A DNA stretch of 24,840 nt from a virus. Lineage: Duplodnaviria > Caudoviricetes. The stretch is taken from positions 1 to 24,840 of IMG/VR virus record IMGVR_UViG_3300048861_000086. One strand, given 5' to 3'. Of the stretch, positions 1 through 8,385 are shown piece by piece (the stretch's first letter is position 1; each line of letters starts with the position of its first letter). The notes beneath the pieces were generated by a model, which was not told the origin of the DNA, did not search any database, and worked only from the letters and a program-made list of their open reading frames with translations. Made by a program: the position numbers and the translations under genes.

Positions 1-803
1 TTGACCGCGTGCTCGTGCTCTTCCCAGGCTACAGAGGTTCGATCGCTGCCCGAGTTAGTAATCATGAACAGCAGCGGCTGGCGACGGAACTTGAACCCGC
101 GCTCCAGCATTTCGATGATCTTGCGGTCCGGCAGCTCGTGTACTTCGTCGACCAGCACGAAGTACGGACGCGGCCCCGAACCTGTCCGGCCGGTATCCCG
201 CGACACCGGCCGGAAGAAGCTGCCGCTGGCGTGGTGCGCTATGTTGTACTCACGGCCTTCGCCGCCGGAGAAGTCGACGCGCCGTTTCAGCGCCGGCGAC
301 TGCTTGACCATCTTGACCGCATCGGCGAACAGGATGCCGGCCTGGTCCTTTTTCGCCGCGGCGGAATAGACTTGCGACCCCGCCTCGCCGTCTGCGGTCA
401 TGCCCAGCAACCCGAGGCCGCCAGCGAGAGGACTCTTGCCGTTTCCTTTGCCCTGCTCGATGTAGGCCCGACGAAACCGGCGCGCGCCGTCTGCCTGTTT
501 CCAGCCGAACAGCGAACCGACGATGAAGGCCTGCGACGGGTCCAGTTGGAACTTCTGGCCTTCGAATTGCCCTTCGGACAGTCTCAGGACTCCCTCGAAG
601 AACTGGAACGCGTAATCAGCAGCCGCGGGGTCGAAGTACAGGCCGCGCTCGTGGCCCACCACCAGATCAAGCAGATGACGCCGGCAAGCATTGCGGACAT
701 GGGGACCGGCCACTATCCGACCGGCGACCACGGCTTCCGCGTACGCCTTAACGCGGTCCGTTGAAGAACTGGTCGTCGGGGTCGGTTTCGTCACCGCCGC
801 CAT
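1..803 (-). CDS. terL: Phage terminase large subunit, N-terminal part (runs off the left edge)
   Basis: Manual minus-strand translation (not in the ORF track because it has no stop in the window): MAAVTKPT...TDRVKAYAEAVVAGRIVAGPHVRNACRRHLLDL...QAFIVGSLFGWKQADGARRFRRAYIEQGKGNGKSPLA, with the Walker A of Terminase_1 proteins. ATG at 803 (alternative GTG 794) overlaps the terS end. Confidence 0.93.
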   Translation of the reverse strand, partial: MAAVTKPTPTTSSSTDRVKAYAEAVVAGRIVAGPHVRNACRRHLLDLVVGHERGLYFDPAAADYAFQFFEGVLRLSEGQFEGQKFQLDPSQAFIVGSLFGWKQADGARRFRRAYIEQGKGNGKSPLAGGLGLLGMTADGEAGSQVYSAAAKKDQAGILFADAVKMVKQSPALKRRVDFSGGEGREYNIAHHASGSFFRPVSRDTGRTGSGPRPYFVLVDEVHELPDRKIIEMLERGFKFRRQPLLFMITNSGSDRTSVAWEEHEHAV

Positions 804-1137
804 GCATCACCTTCGTCTCGTCCACGGGGGTAGCGCCAAGTTTCGAGAGCGCAGCTCCCAGCGCCTGAAGTGCGGCGACCCCCATGTCTGGGTCGGTATC
901 CATCCGCGCCGCCAGCAGGCAGACTTGGCGCAAGAGCAGTCGATGGCCAGAATGGAGCCAAGGCATGTTCTTGACGCATTCTCGCCAAACGGCGATTTGT
1001 TCCTTGGTCATGCCCTTGTAGGGCACTCCGACGGGGCGAGTTTTCGACGGCGCCTTTCGTCCTTTGAACCGACCTGGATCCTTCAGCGCCGCGCCGGACA
1101 CTTCGACCTTTTTGGCCGGGAGTCGTTGTCGCGGCAT
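748..1137 (-). CDS. terS: Phage terminase small subunit (P27-like)
   Basis: 129 aa directly upstream of terL; MPRQRLP...GA...PGRF N-terminus and LSKLGATPVDETKV C-terminus typical of P27-type TerS; GAGG RBS. Confidence 0.85.
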   Translation of the reverse strand: MPRQRLPAKKVEVSGAALKDPGRFKGRKAPSKTRPVGVPYKGMTKEQIAVWRECVKNMPWLHSGHRLLLRQVCLLAARMDTDPDMGVAALQALGAALSKLGATPVDETKVMHGGGDETDPDDQFFNGPR

Positions 1138-1164
1138 GAATTGTGAATTCCTCGTTGTGCAAAC

Positions 1165-1265
1165 CCTAACAGGGTCATATTCTGAATTGCGGATGCGGGA
1201 ATTTAGGTGAACGGTCGGTGTCCGGTCCGGGTCGGCCTCAGACCCGACATACCCCCCCGGGCATT
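1165..1265 (-). other. Putative cos (packaging) region
   Basis: Non-coding gap upstream of terS in an HNH-terS-terL arrangement. The minus strand reads a G-run, then GACACCGACCGTTCACC, then an AT-richer stretch, similar in layout to HK97-type cos regions. Exact cut site not determinable. Confidence 0.45.
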
Positions 1266-1277
1266 GCCGACGAGGCG

Positions 1278-1583
1278 TCAGCCTGCCTGATCGCCGACGA
1301 TGCCGGGGGATGCGGGCAGTTCGACCGGGCGGGGGCGTTCGCCCTGCCGATCAACGACGATCAGAACTTCGGCTTCGCCCTCGCCGCCTCGATCGGTCAC
1401 CTTGCGGTCGATCCAGCACCGCTCAACCCGGACGCCAACGGCATCCAGGTCGATGCCAGCCTGGGCAGCTACCGCAGCAGCGACGATACGCTCCAGGTCC
1501 TTGCCGCTGATGCGCGCGAAGTGACGTTCCTCGTTGACCTGGGTGGAGGTGACCGTGATAGGGCTCGGCATATGCTGGGTCAA
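1278..1583 (-). CDS. Hypothetical protein between HNH and terS
   Basis: 101-aa ORF (TTG start, GGAG RBS, or ATG 1571) co-oriented with the late operon; protein-like composition. Confidence 0.65.
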   Translation of the reverse strand: MTQHMPSPITVTSTQVNEERHFARISGKDLERIVAAAVAAQAGIDLDAVGVRVERCWIDRKVTDRGGEGEAEVLIVVDRQGERPRPVELPASPGIVGDQAG

Positions 1584-1591
1584 TGCTCCGG

Positions 1592-1879
1592 TCAGATAGG
1601 CCAGCCGTCGACACCGACGTCCACCCGTTCACGAAACCCGGGGTTGGCCTCGCGCTTGGTCTTCAGCGCATGGCAATCCCGGTTCATTGCCCGCAGGTTT
1701 GATGGGGCATCGTTCAGATTCCCGTCCGCATCGCGGGCATTGCTGATGTGGTCGACTTCGTGGGCGATCAGCTTCTCGCCCTTGCAGTCCTCGCACTGGC
1801 ACATGTATCCATCGCGCTTCATGACCTGCTCGCGCAGGCGGCGCCAGGGGCGGCCACCGCGGCCGTTACCGTACGGCAT
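1592..1879 (-). CDS. HNH endonuclease (terminase-associated, gp74-like)
   Basis: WRRLREQVMKRDGYMCQCEDC...EVDHI...NLRAMNRDCHALKT; start placed at ATG 1879 (MPYG). Confidence 0.9.
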   Translation of the reverse strand: MPYGNGRGGRPWRRLREQVMKRDGYMCQCEDCKGEKLIAHEVDHISNARDADGNLNDAPSNLRAMNRDCHALKTKREANPGFRERVDVGVDGWPI

Positions 1880-1887
1880 GGAGCGCT

Positions 1888-2088
1888 TCACCGTCCGTAG
1901 CATCGGAACCAGCCATAGCCAGGGCGATGCTCCAGGCAGGCCATATCCACGCGCTCGCGGCAAACCTGCCAAGCACTCTGACCATCCACCGCCTGCGCAG
2001 ACATTGGCGTGCAGCCTATGCCTTCTACTCGGCCGGACAGCACTATCCGGCCGTCCTCATGCCGGCAGAGATAGAACTGTTCGATCAT
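1888..2088 (-). CDS. Small hypothetical phage protein
   Basis: MIEQFYLCRHEDGRIVLSGRVEGIG...; fills the gap between a terminator and HNH in the late orientation. Confidence 0.55.
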   Translation of the reverse strand: MIEQFYLCRHEDGRIVLSGRVEGIGCTPMSAQAVDGQSAWQVCRERVDMACLEHRPGYGWFRCYGR

Positions 2089-2102
2089 GGGCGGCCGAAT
2101 GG

Positions 2103-2136
2103 AAAAACCCCGACCGGATCTCTCCATGTCGGGGCT
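2103..2136 (-). terminator. Putative intrinsic terminator
   Basis: CCCCGAC(2108-2114)...GTCGGGG(2128-2134) stem followed on the minus strand by TTTTT. Confidence 0.5.
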
Positions 2137-2160
2137 TCAATTGATATGGGACTTTACTGT

Positions 2161-2460
2161 CTACTGGGGGCTGGGCACCGCTCGCCAGACTCCATCGAGA
2201 GAGCGCCAGGGCGAACCATCAAGCGCGGTTACCGTACAGTCGAAGTAGTTCGAAACCTGGCCGTCCTGCGGAACGAAGTCAATGCGGACGGGTTGTGCCG
2301 GCTCGCCGGCTGATCCCTGATTCTTCGATCCATGAAAGTATGCGGCAACCGCCTGCACCATCCGGGCTCCGTCAGGATCATCCTTCGGCGCAAGCCCAAG
2401 GATCCATTCGAACATCGCTTCCGCCAGAATCAGGCGCAGCTGGGTCATTACCCGTTTCAT
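2161..2460 (-). CDS. Hypothetical protein, first ORF of late transcript
   Basis: 99-aa ORF with AAGGA RBS, lying between two terminator hairpins. Confidence 0.6.
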   Translation of the reverse strand: MKRVMTQLRLILAEAMFEWILGLAPKDDPDGARMVQAVAAYFHGSKNQGSAGEPAQPVRIDFVPQDGQVSNYFDCTVTALDGSPWRSLDGVWRAVPSPQ

Positions 2461-2483
2461 CGAATTTCCTTGTCCAGAAACAC

Positions 2484-2513
2484 AAAAACCCGCTGCTTTT
2501 AGGAGGCGGGTTT
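2484..2513 (-). terminator. tR'-like terminator downstream of late promoter
   Basis: AAACCCGC...GCGGGTTT stem with a U-tract on the minus strand, about 40 nt after the late promoter. Confidence 0.7.
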
Positions 2514-2549
2514 ACGTTTCTTCAGGACGAACGAAGCCCCGACGCCCTT

Positions 2550-2578
2550 ATTCTGCCCTACGCTTAACGATGACGCAA
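2550..2578 (-). promoter_or_regulatory. pR'-like late promoter
   Basis: TTGCGT-17 bp-CAGAAT immediately downstream of the Q-like gene, followed by a terminator (lambda Q/pR'/tR' layout). Confidence 0.65.
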
Positions 2579-2584
2579 GACATA

Positions 2585-3112
2585 TCAGGCCGCCATCCTC
2601 ATCATGCCACGGCGATGCAACAACGGCAGAAGGTCTACTTTCGCCTGTTGGTACGCCTGGTGCGATTCCTCGACAGTCATCCGTGCATTCCGGTAAACCT
2701 GTGCGCCGGCAGCCTTGTTGGCGACGTGAATGCCTACTGCAGCACGGCTCTCCCACGTCAAGTCGTTCAGACAAGCGTCCACCGTTTCCGCTTCAGCAGC
2801 GGCGATCCTGGCGTCGACTTCATCTTGATCGTCGTGGACGTTGCCAGCGTCTGGCGATGTGTTTCGCCCATAGGGCGACACCCGCGGCGCACCACGCACG
2901 GGCGTATAAGGCTTGGCCCAGCGGTACCAGGTCAACAGCAATTCCTCGATCTGTTCGCTTTCGTCCCTTGTCATCACGATCACCCCTTTTCTCCAAAGTG
3001 CCCCGAAGGGATCTTCCATCAAGCCTCGCCGGTCGCCTCGCAACCGCCCCTCTTCCATCCGCTCATACACCTTCGCCGGATCACCCATCTGCCACCGCAT
3101 CAGCGCCCTCAT
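2585..3112 (-). CDS. Putative late antiterminator (Q-like)
   Basis: IEELLLTWYRWAK...VDACLNDL...RAAVGIH...YQQAK pattern and position just before the late promoter. ATG 3112 overlaps the VRR-NUC stop (ATGA); alternative start ATG 2974 (MTRDES). Confidence 0.65.
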   Translation of the reverse strand: MRALMRWQMGDPAKVYERMEEGRLRGDRRGLMEDPFGALWRKGVIVMTRDESEQIEELLLTWYRWAKPYTPVRGAPRVSPYGRNTSPDAGNVHDDQDEVDARIAAAEAETVDACLNDLTWESRAAVGIHVANKAAGAQVYRNARMTVEESHQAYQQAKVDLLPLLHRRGMMRMAA

Positions 3113-3528
3113 GACGCACCCGCCAGCGGATTCAAGGCCTCCGTAGGCTCTGGGATACCCAGATAGCTCAGAATCGCCTCCTTGGCCGGCTGGAAGCCTC
3201 GGCAGACCTGCACTCGGTAGCCATTGGCAATTAAGCTGGCATGCCAGCGCTTCTGATCCTCGCTCACCACCCCACCCGTTGGCGGCTTCATCTCGATCCA
3301 CAGGCCGTGATGGCCGGCCGCTGGGACCGGAAGGCACAGATCAGGTACACCACGCTTCACGCCAAGAAGCTTCATCAAGGCGCCTTGGGTAGGATGCCGG
3401 TGCCCGCCATTCGGGACGTGGAACAGAAGCCCCAGCGCCGGTATCTCCTGCCGATTGCGTAGGCTCCACTGAATCAGTGCCACCTGTTCTGCCGCTTCGG
3501 GATCAAGCTCGTTTCGGTTGCCTGCCAC
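3109..3528 (-). CDS. VRR-NUC domain endonuclease
   Basis: EAAEQVALIQW...LFHVPNGG...GVKRGVPDL...LWIEMK...G.VSEDQKRW PD-(D/E)XK motif; GTG start with AGGAG RBS. Confidence 0.9.
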   Translation of the reverse strand: MAGNRNELDPEAAEQVALIQWSLRNRQEIPALGLLFHVPNGGHRHPTQGALMKLLGVKRGVPDLCLPVPAAGHHGLWIEMKPPTGGVVSEDQKRWHASLIANGYRVQVCRGFQPAKEAILSYLGIPEPTEALNPLAGAS

Positions 3529-3537
3529 TGTCGCTCT

Positions 3538-3818
3538 CCTCGTCGAACGTGGTTCGACGAAATTGACGATTTAAGAATTGGGTAAGGTGATTTCGTCGAA
3601 CTGTCAGCATTTCGTCGAAGGGCTTTCGACGACGTAGACCCGCATAAATAAAGGCTCTTCTCTAATAACGTCTAATAAACACACATATGTTTGTGTATTA
3701 CCTTTCTAGGGCTCTTCCAGGGAGACACACGCACGCTGTCGCGATTTGACGAAATCCCGTCAAACCCGCATGAATGCTTGTTCTACGTCGTCGAAGCCTG
3801 TTCGACGAGTTCGACGAT
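3538..3818. repeat. Iteron-like repeat cluster, putative phage replication origin
   Basis: About 11 copies of TT(C)GACGA/TCGTC(G)AA in both orientations; perfect 14-bp inverted repeat TTCGACGACGTAGA (3625-3638) / TCTACGTCGTCGAA (3782-3795) around an AT-rich core; directly downstream of the primase gene. Confidence 0.7.
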
Positions 3819-3819
3819 T

Positions 3820-6102
3820 TCACGGTGAATCCACGGGGGAGGTACTGTCAGCGTCGACGTTGACGGCAACGTATGCCTGACGCTTGCGGCCCGCCATGCT
3901 TGCCATTTCGACGAAGGCGATGTCGCCCAGGAACTGCAGGCTGGACAGCACGTTCTCCTGTCCGCGCCGGTCGACCTGACTAAAGCGCCGGCTCTTGCGC
4001 GCGAGCTCGCGCACGGTAAGCCCCTGCTCGCCTGTGGCCAGGAGCAATGCATAGACCTGCTTCTTCAGCGCGTCGAACTCGCTATCGGCCACGCTGGTGC
4101 GCAAGCGCTCCGCGGTGCGCCGGGCGAAATGGCGGGCGTAGTCGATCGCCCACCGCGCGTGGTCGTCAGTGACCTTGGGCGCGCGGCAGCCGACGGCCAC
4201 GACAAGCGCCAGCCGCATGGCGATCTCGCGCGTACGCCCGAACATCTCGGCCATGCCGGCATCCTCGTAGGCGTCCATGTCGGCCAGACACTCAGTCTCG
4301 AAGTCGTCGAAGAGTTGCTGGGCCGCGCCGGTGATACCCACCACCTGGGCGATGGGCTCCAGGCTCGCATTGGTGTCGGGGTTGACCAGATGCGTCCCAG
4401 GCATAGAGCGGATCTCGTCCACCCATGCTTTGATCGAGGTCGGCAGATCTGTGAAGTCAGGTGAGCGCGACGGCTGGCGCCCGATATCGCTTTCGACCGT
4501 CAGGAAGCGGTTCAGGAAGCCATCGCGCGCCGCGGCCGACCCGATGCTGTCGAAAAAGCTTTCGGGCGTCGTCATGGCCAGGAGCGTCAACGCTGGGTTG
4601 CGCACCGTACGCTCGGCAAGCTTGCTGGCTTCGGACGCGGACATGCCGAAGGTGGAGTAGCCCTGCGGCCGCATAGCGCCGTCGCACCGTCCCCACACTT
4701 CCATGAGCGCGCGCAGGGTCGACTGCGCCCGGTTGTTGTGCTTGACGCTGGCGGATTCCAACACCTTGCCGAATTCGTCGATGACCGTGAAGTGCGCCGG
4801 CTGGTGCAGGAGCGCTGATAACAGGCCGGAGTCGCTCGTGTAGGAGGCCGGACCTATGAGGCGACCGAGGCCGCACTGGTCAAGCGCTTTCTCCACCGCC
4901 CACTTCGCGTGTTCCTTGCCGCTGGCAGACTTGCCGATGTTCAGGAGGTACAGGCTGGGCCAGTTGCGCTGTGTTGTAACGAACCGCCGGCCCATGACCG
5001 TGCAGCAGAATGCAACGGCCGCCTGGACGGCGAACTGGGGTTGCGGCTTGCGTGACGTGGCGTCGACCCAGCGTGCCATATCGCCCAGGATGCCGGGCGG
5101 GTTCAGAAGGTTGGCGGGGGCTTCGGTGGCTATGGTCGGCTGGGCCAGCATGACCTGGCCAGCTGGAACCGGTGTTGGCGTCCGTGCATTTACCCAGCCG
5201 CGCGCTTGGGCCATTGCAAAGATGGTCGCCTTCGAGACGCCGGACAAGCCCTTGTTTCGGAAGGACGCCCAGACGCGGGTGCAATCGCGTGCGTCGTATT
5301 TCTCGCTGGTCCGGCTCCAGGCATCCCACAGCATGAAGGCTTCGCCGCCGGCCGCGGTCGAATGCAGCGCCATACCGACCTGGACCCAATCCTCGCGGTC
5401 GTCACTGGGGATATGCGATAAGGCGGAGGCCAGGTCTTCATGGTCATGGGGCGCCAAGGCGCGCGGCTCGGCCGGCGGTAGGGTCTGAGATGCCGCGGCG
5501 CCCCCGAAGGTGCCGCGCAGCCAATCCGGCAAGGGCGGCGGGATCACGCCGTCCAGTGGGTTGCTCGACGCCTCCCAGTGGTAGGTGCGGCCGGACAGGT
5601 GGTTGGACGGCTCGGCGATGATGTAGCCATTCCGCTTGACGTCCACGCCGGCGCCAAGCTTTCCGGGCAGCGCCAGCGACTCGTCGGGATCCAGGCGGAA
5701 GATGCGGTGCTCGCCTCCACCGCCGGTCAGCTGCAGTACATCGGATACTAGTCCGCCGTGGCGCGCTTCCAGGTCATCGATCGAGTCCCAGCCGCCATTG
5801 CGCGGGTCGATGTCGATCGCGACCAGCCCGGAGGGCTTTAGCATGATCGCGATGTTCGCGTCCGGCGCCGACGTCCACCAGGCGCGGATCTTGGTCGCGT
5901 CGGTCGTCGCGTCGTCCTGGCCTTTCTTTACGAGCCAGCCGATGGGGTGCTTGCCAGGGCTCTTGCAGTCCGCATTGTCGCAGCTGCAGCGGCCGTCCTT
6001 GATGCTGAATGCGGGGAAGACATGCCAGCCAAGGCTGGCGTACGCGAGCGCGTAGTCCAGCGCCGTGGTGGGCGCCTGGGCGATGGGGAAGACGGCGGCC
6101 AT
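3820..6102 (-). CDS. Bifunctional primase-polymerase with PriCT-2 and C-terminal helicase-like (DUF3987-type) domain
   Basis: ALAYASLGWHVFP...CSC...C.SPGKHP...DATTD...WW...NIAI...LVAIDID...TGGGGEH (Prim-Pol); DREDWVQVGMALH...WDAWS...KY (PriCT-2); GKSASGKE Walker A and DEFG Walker B. Start ATG 6102. Confidence 0.92.
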   Translation of the reverse strand: MAAVFPIAQAPTTALDYALAYASLGWHVFPAFSIKDGRCSCDNADCKSPGKHPIGWLVKKGQDDATTDATKIRAWWTSAPDANIAIMLKPSGLVAIDIDPRNGGWDSIDDLEARHGGLVSDVLQLTGGGGEHRIFRLDPDESLALPGKLGAGVDVKRNGYIIAEPSNHLSGRTYHWEASSNPLDGVIPPPLPDWLRGTFGGAAASQTLPPAEPRALAPHDHEDLASALSHIPSDDREDWVQVGMALHSTAAGGEAFMLWDAWSRTSEKYDARDCTRVWASFRNKGLSGVSKATIFAMAQARGWVNARTPTPVPAGQVMLAQPTIATEAPANLLNPPGILGDMARWVDATSRKPQPQFAVQAAVAFCCTVMGRRFVTTQRNWPSLYLLNIGKSASGKEHAKWAVEKALDQCGLGRLIGPASYTSDSGLLSALLHQPAHFTVIDEFGKVLESASVKHNNRAQSTLRALMEVWGRCDGAMRPQGYSTFGMSASEASKLAERTVRNPALTLLAMTTPESFFDSIGSAAARDGFLNRFLTVESDIGRQPSRSPDFTDLPTSIKAWVDEIRSMPGTHLVNPDTNASLEPIAQVVGITGAAQQLFDDFETECLADMDAYEDAGMAEMFGRTREIAMRLALVVAVGCRAPKVTDDHARWAIDYARHFARRTAERLRTSVADSEFDALKKQVYALLLATGEQGLTVRELARKSRRFSQVDRRGQENVLSSLQFLGDIAFVEMASMAGRKRQAYVAVNVDADSTSPVDSP

Positions 6103-6127
6103 TATTGGCCGGTCCTGTGGGGCAGGG

Positions 6128-6565
6128 TCATTCGGCCATGCCTTCGAGGCAAGCAACCAGGGTCGCCACCTTTGACATGGCCTCCAGGGCCTGTTGTCGG
6201 ATGGCAGCGATTTCCTTTTGGTCGATCTTGCCGTCGGACAGCGCCGTGTGGATGGTCTGCATGTACTGACCTACCTGTGTCACCAGCGAACAGGTATCGG
6301 ACAGCACGTCCATGTCCGAGACGCCCGCTGCAGGGATGGGTACTGTGACGCGGCCAAGTTCGGCGGCGAAGGCGTCCAGCATGCGTGCATCGCCCGTGAC
6401 GACGGATATTCGCACCGCCTCGTCCCACGCAAGGCGGTGCGTGTCGTTCTGCGGATTAACCTTGTTGCGCAGCACCGCCGGAGACACGCCGACGCGCGGG
6501 CCCAGCGACTCGCTGCCGCCCGGGTAATCGTGGACGGTGGCATAGGCGGCGTCAGTCGTGTTCAT
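6128..6565 (-). CDS. cII: Phage regulatory protein, CII/YmfL family
   Basis: AAYATVHDYPGGSESLGPRVG...VLRNKVNP...H.L...ALSDGKID..E; downstream of cro. Confidence 0.85.
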   Translation of the reverse strand: MNTTDAAYATVHDYPGGSESLGPRVGVSPAVLRNKVNPQNDTHRLAWDEAVRISVVTGDARMLDAFAAELGRVTVPIPAAGVSDMDVLSDTCSLVTQVGQYMQTIHTALSDGKIDQKEIAAIRQQALEAMSKVATLVACLEGMAE

Positions 6566-6586
6566 TGGGACGGTCTCCGAACGTGT

Positions 6587-6862
6587 TTATGATTGAGCTT
6601 GGCGGGTACGATGCGCCGCAACATGAACAGACGCCACTGCACCACCCTGCTCCTCGATTCCGCTCGACTCCGCGTAGACGTCATCGAGCGTAATCTGCGT
6701 GCCGCACTGGTCTGCAAAAGCGACCAGCCGGCGCGCGACCTTCGGCGGCATCTCCTGTCCGTGCTCATAAAGTGAGACGTTGCCTTGCGTGACGCCTAGA
6801 CCGTCGGCGAGGGCCTGCTGCGTCAAACCTAAGCGCTGTCGGATCGATCGGATGGCATTCAT
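6587..6862 (-). CDS. cro: Cro-like XRE HTH repressor
   Basis: IRSIRQRLGLTQQALADGLGVTQGNVSLYEHG HTH; divergent from cI. Confidence 0.9.
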   Translation of the reverse strand: MNAIRSIRQRLGLTQQALADGLGVTQGNVSLYEHGQEMPPKVARRLVAFADQCGTQITLDDVYAESSGIEEQGGAVASVHVAAHRTRQAQS

Positions 6863-6868
6863 CCACTC

Positions 6869-6938
6869 ATTATCAGTCGGACTGCTTAATCAGTCAACAG
6901 TCTGACTAATTGCCAATTATCAGTCCTCCTTATATCGT
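6869..6938. promoter_or_regulatory. OR control region: PR, PRM and three operators
   Basis: PR (minus) TTGACT-17-GATAAT (6897-6869). PRM (plus) TTGCCA-17-TATCGT (6910-6938). 15-bp operators ATCAGTCGGACTGCT (6872), AACAGTCTGACTAAT (6896) and ATCAGTCCTCCTTAT (6919) match the OL palindrome. Confidence 0.85.
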
Positions 6939-6945
6939 CGCGCCC

Positions 6946-7695
6946 ATGCCCGCACAACCGCTCACCCCCTCGCAGCTCGCTGATGCCGCTCGTCTACGCG
7001 CGCTCTATGAGCAATGGAAGCAGGACCGCCGAACCGCCGGCGAGCCGGCTTCGCAGGAGGTCGTCGCCGGTCTACTGGGTTTCAACAGCCAAAGCTCCGT
7101 CAGCCAGTACGTCAATGGCCGGATACCGCTGAATGTAAGTGCCCTGTTGAAGTTCGCCGAGTTGCTCTCCGTGAAGCCGGATGCGATCAGCCCCGAGCTG
7201 GCCGGTGAGATTCAGCGAATGGCGGCCGTGCTGCCTGACATCAAACAGGCGGCCGAAATCGACGCCGACACCGACCCCAACTTCGTTCCTGTCCGCAAGG
7301 TCATCTTCAAGATTTCCGCGGGCATCGCTGGATTCTCGGTGGAGCACCTGGACAACGGCGACGGTGAGCCGGTTTTCCTTTCTAGGCACTGGCTGGAAAA
7401 ACGAGACCTCGATCCGGCCAGGCTTTACGCGACCAGGGTGAACGGCGACAGCATGGACCCAACTATTCGTGACGGCGACGTGATCGTGGTCGATACCGAG
7501 GACGTGAAGCGCGAGAAAGACGGCCTATATGCGGTCAACCACGAGGGTGAATTCACGGTGAAGCGGCTGAAGTACGATTTGCGCCGGTGGTGGCTGCATT
7601 CCGACAACCCCGCGCAGAAGTCATATCCGCCCATGGAATGCGGCGAGGGAACGTACCTGCTGGGGCGGGTTGTGTATCTACATCGCGAGCTGTGA
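6946..7695 (+). CDS. cI: CI-like repressor, XRE HTH plus S24 autopeptidase
   Basis: SQEVVAGLLGFNSQSSVSQYVNGRIPL HTH; SAG cleavage region; VNGDSMDPTIRDGD catalytic Ser; TVKRL catalytic Lys. Confidence 0.95.
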   Translation: MPAQPLTPSQLADAARLRALYEQWKQDRRTAGEPASQEVVAGLLGFNSQSSVSQYVNGRIPLNVSALLKFAELLSVKPDAISPELAGEIQRMAAVLPDIKQAAEIDADTDPNFVPVRKVIFKISAGIAGFSVEHLDNGDGEPVFLSRHWLEKRDLDPARLYATRVNGDSMDPTIRDGDVIVVDTEDVKREKDGLYAVNHEGEFTVKRLKYDLRRWWLHSDNPAQKSYPPMECGEGTYLLGRVVYLHREL

Positions 7696-7842
7696 AGCGC
7701 GCGTAGTGGAGGCGAATCGGCAAGCGCACCATTCCGATACGTATAATATTCACACAAGCTTACAATTAGAAAATCACGCCGGTCTAGCTCAACGATCGGA
7801 CCCGCACGTGATTAGACAGTTTGATGCGAGAAACAGACAAAG

Positions 7843-8112
7843 ATGAGCGAAAACCAAGAACCAAAAATCTGGGATGCAGTCAAAGCTTTCATAGGGCATG
7901 CAGTGGCAGGTGGCATCATTTTCGTAGTGCTGGCGCTACTTGCGTTCGGCTTAGGAAAATTTGTTCACTTTCTGGAAGTGAATGGCGCATCTGAGCCCCT
8001 GGTCATATGCCTGACGGCCCTGGAGTATCTCTTGCTAGCGGTCGATGTTGCCGGCATGCTAATCTTCCTAGTGAACGCACTGCGAGCTGCGCTCAAGGAG
8101 TTATCGAGATGA
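7843..8112 (+). CDS. Small two-TM membrane protein (moron downstream of cI)
   Basis: 89 aa with two hydrophobic segments; visibly AT-richer DNA; TATAAT at about 7742 upstream. Confidence 0.75.
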   Translation: MSENQEPKIWDAVKAFIGHAVAGGIIFVVLALLAFGLGKFVHFLEVNGASEPLVICLTALEYLLLAVDVAGMLIFLVNALRAALKELSR

Positions 8113-8315
8113 GCACCAAAAGCCCTTTCTGGGAAGCTGTCAAAGAGACGCCAAAGCTCTACTTTGCTCCATTTCAAGCCATTATTGAGAGCGCTAAACA
8201 AGTGCAGGAATCGATGGCGTCGTCTGGTACGACGGTTCAAGTGCGCCGCTACAGACATCGGACCACTGACAAAGAGACGGTGCCGAGAAAAAGCGAGAGC
8301 AGCAGTGTCAAATGA
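8109..8315 (+). CDS. Small hypothetical protein coupled to upstream membrane protein
   Basis: ATGA overlap at 8109-8112; MSTKSPFWEAVKETPKLYFAPF...; ends at a terminator. Confidence 0.7.
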   Translation: MSTKSPFWEAVKETPKLYFAPFQAIIESAKQVQESMASSGTTVQVRRYRHRTTDKETVPRKSESSSVK

Positions 8316-8316
8316 T

Positions 8317-8347
8317 AAAAGAGCCGCCTGCTAGGGCGGCTTTTTTT
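8317..8347. terminator. Intrinsic terminator (probably bidirectional)
   Basis: AAAAG-AGCCGCC-TGCTAG-GGCGGCT-TTTTTT between convergent genes. Confidence 0.85.
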
Positions 8348-8385
8348 GTGGTCTGCGTGCCCTTTATGGGGCAGGCCACTATCTT

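Noticed and set aside
1-1146. Plus-strand ORFs 1-369, 9-764 and 691-1146
   Set aside because: Antisense shadows of terL and terS.
3538-3818. CRISPR array or integron attC sites
   Set aside because: Repeats are only 7-14 bp, irregularly spaced and in both orientations; there is no repeat-spacer periodicity.
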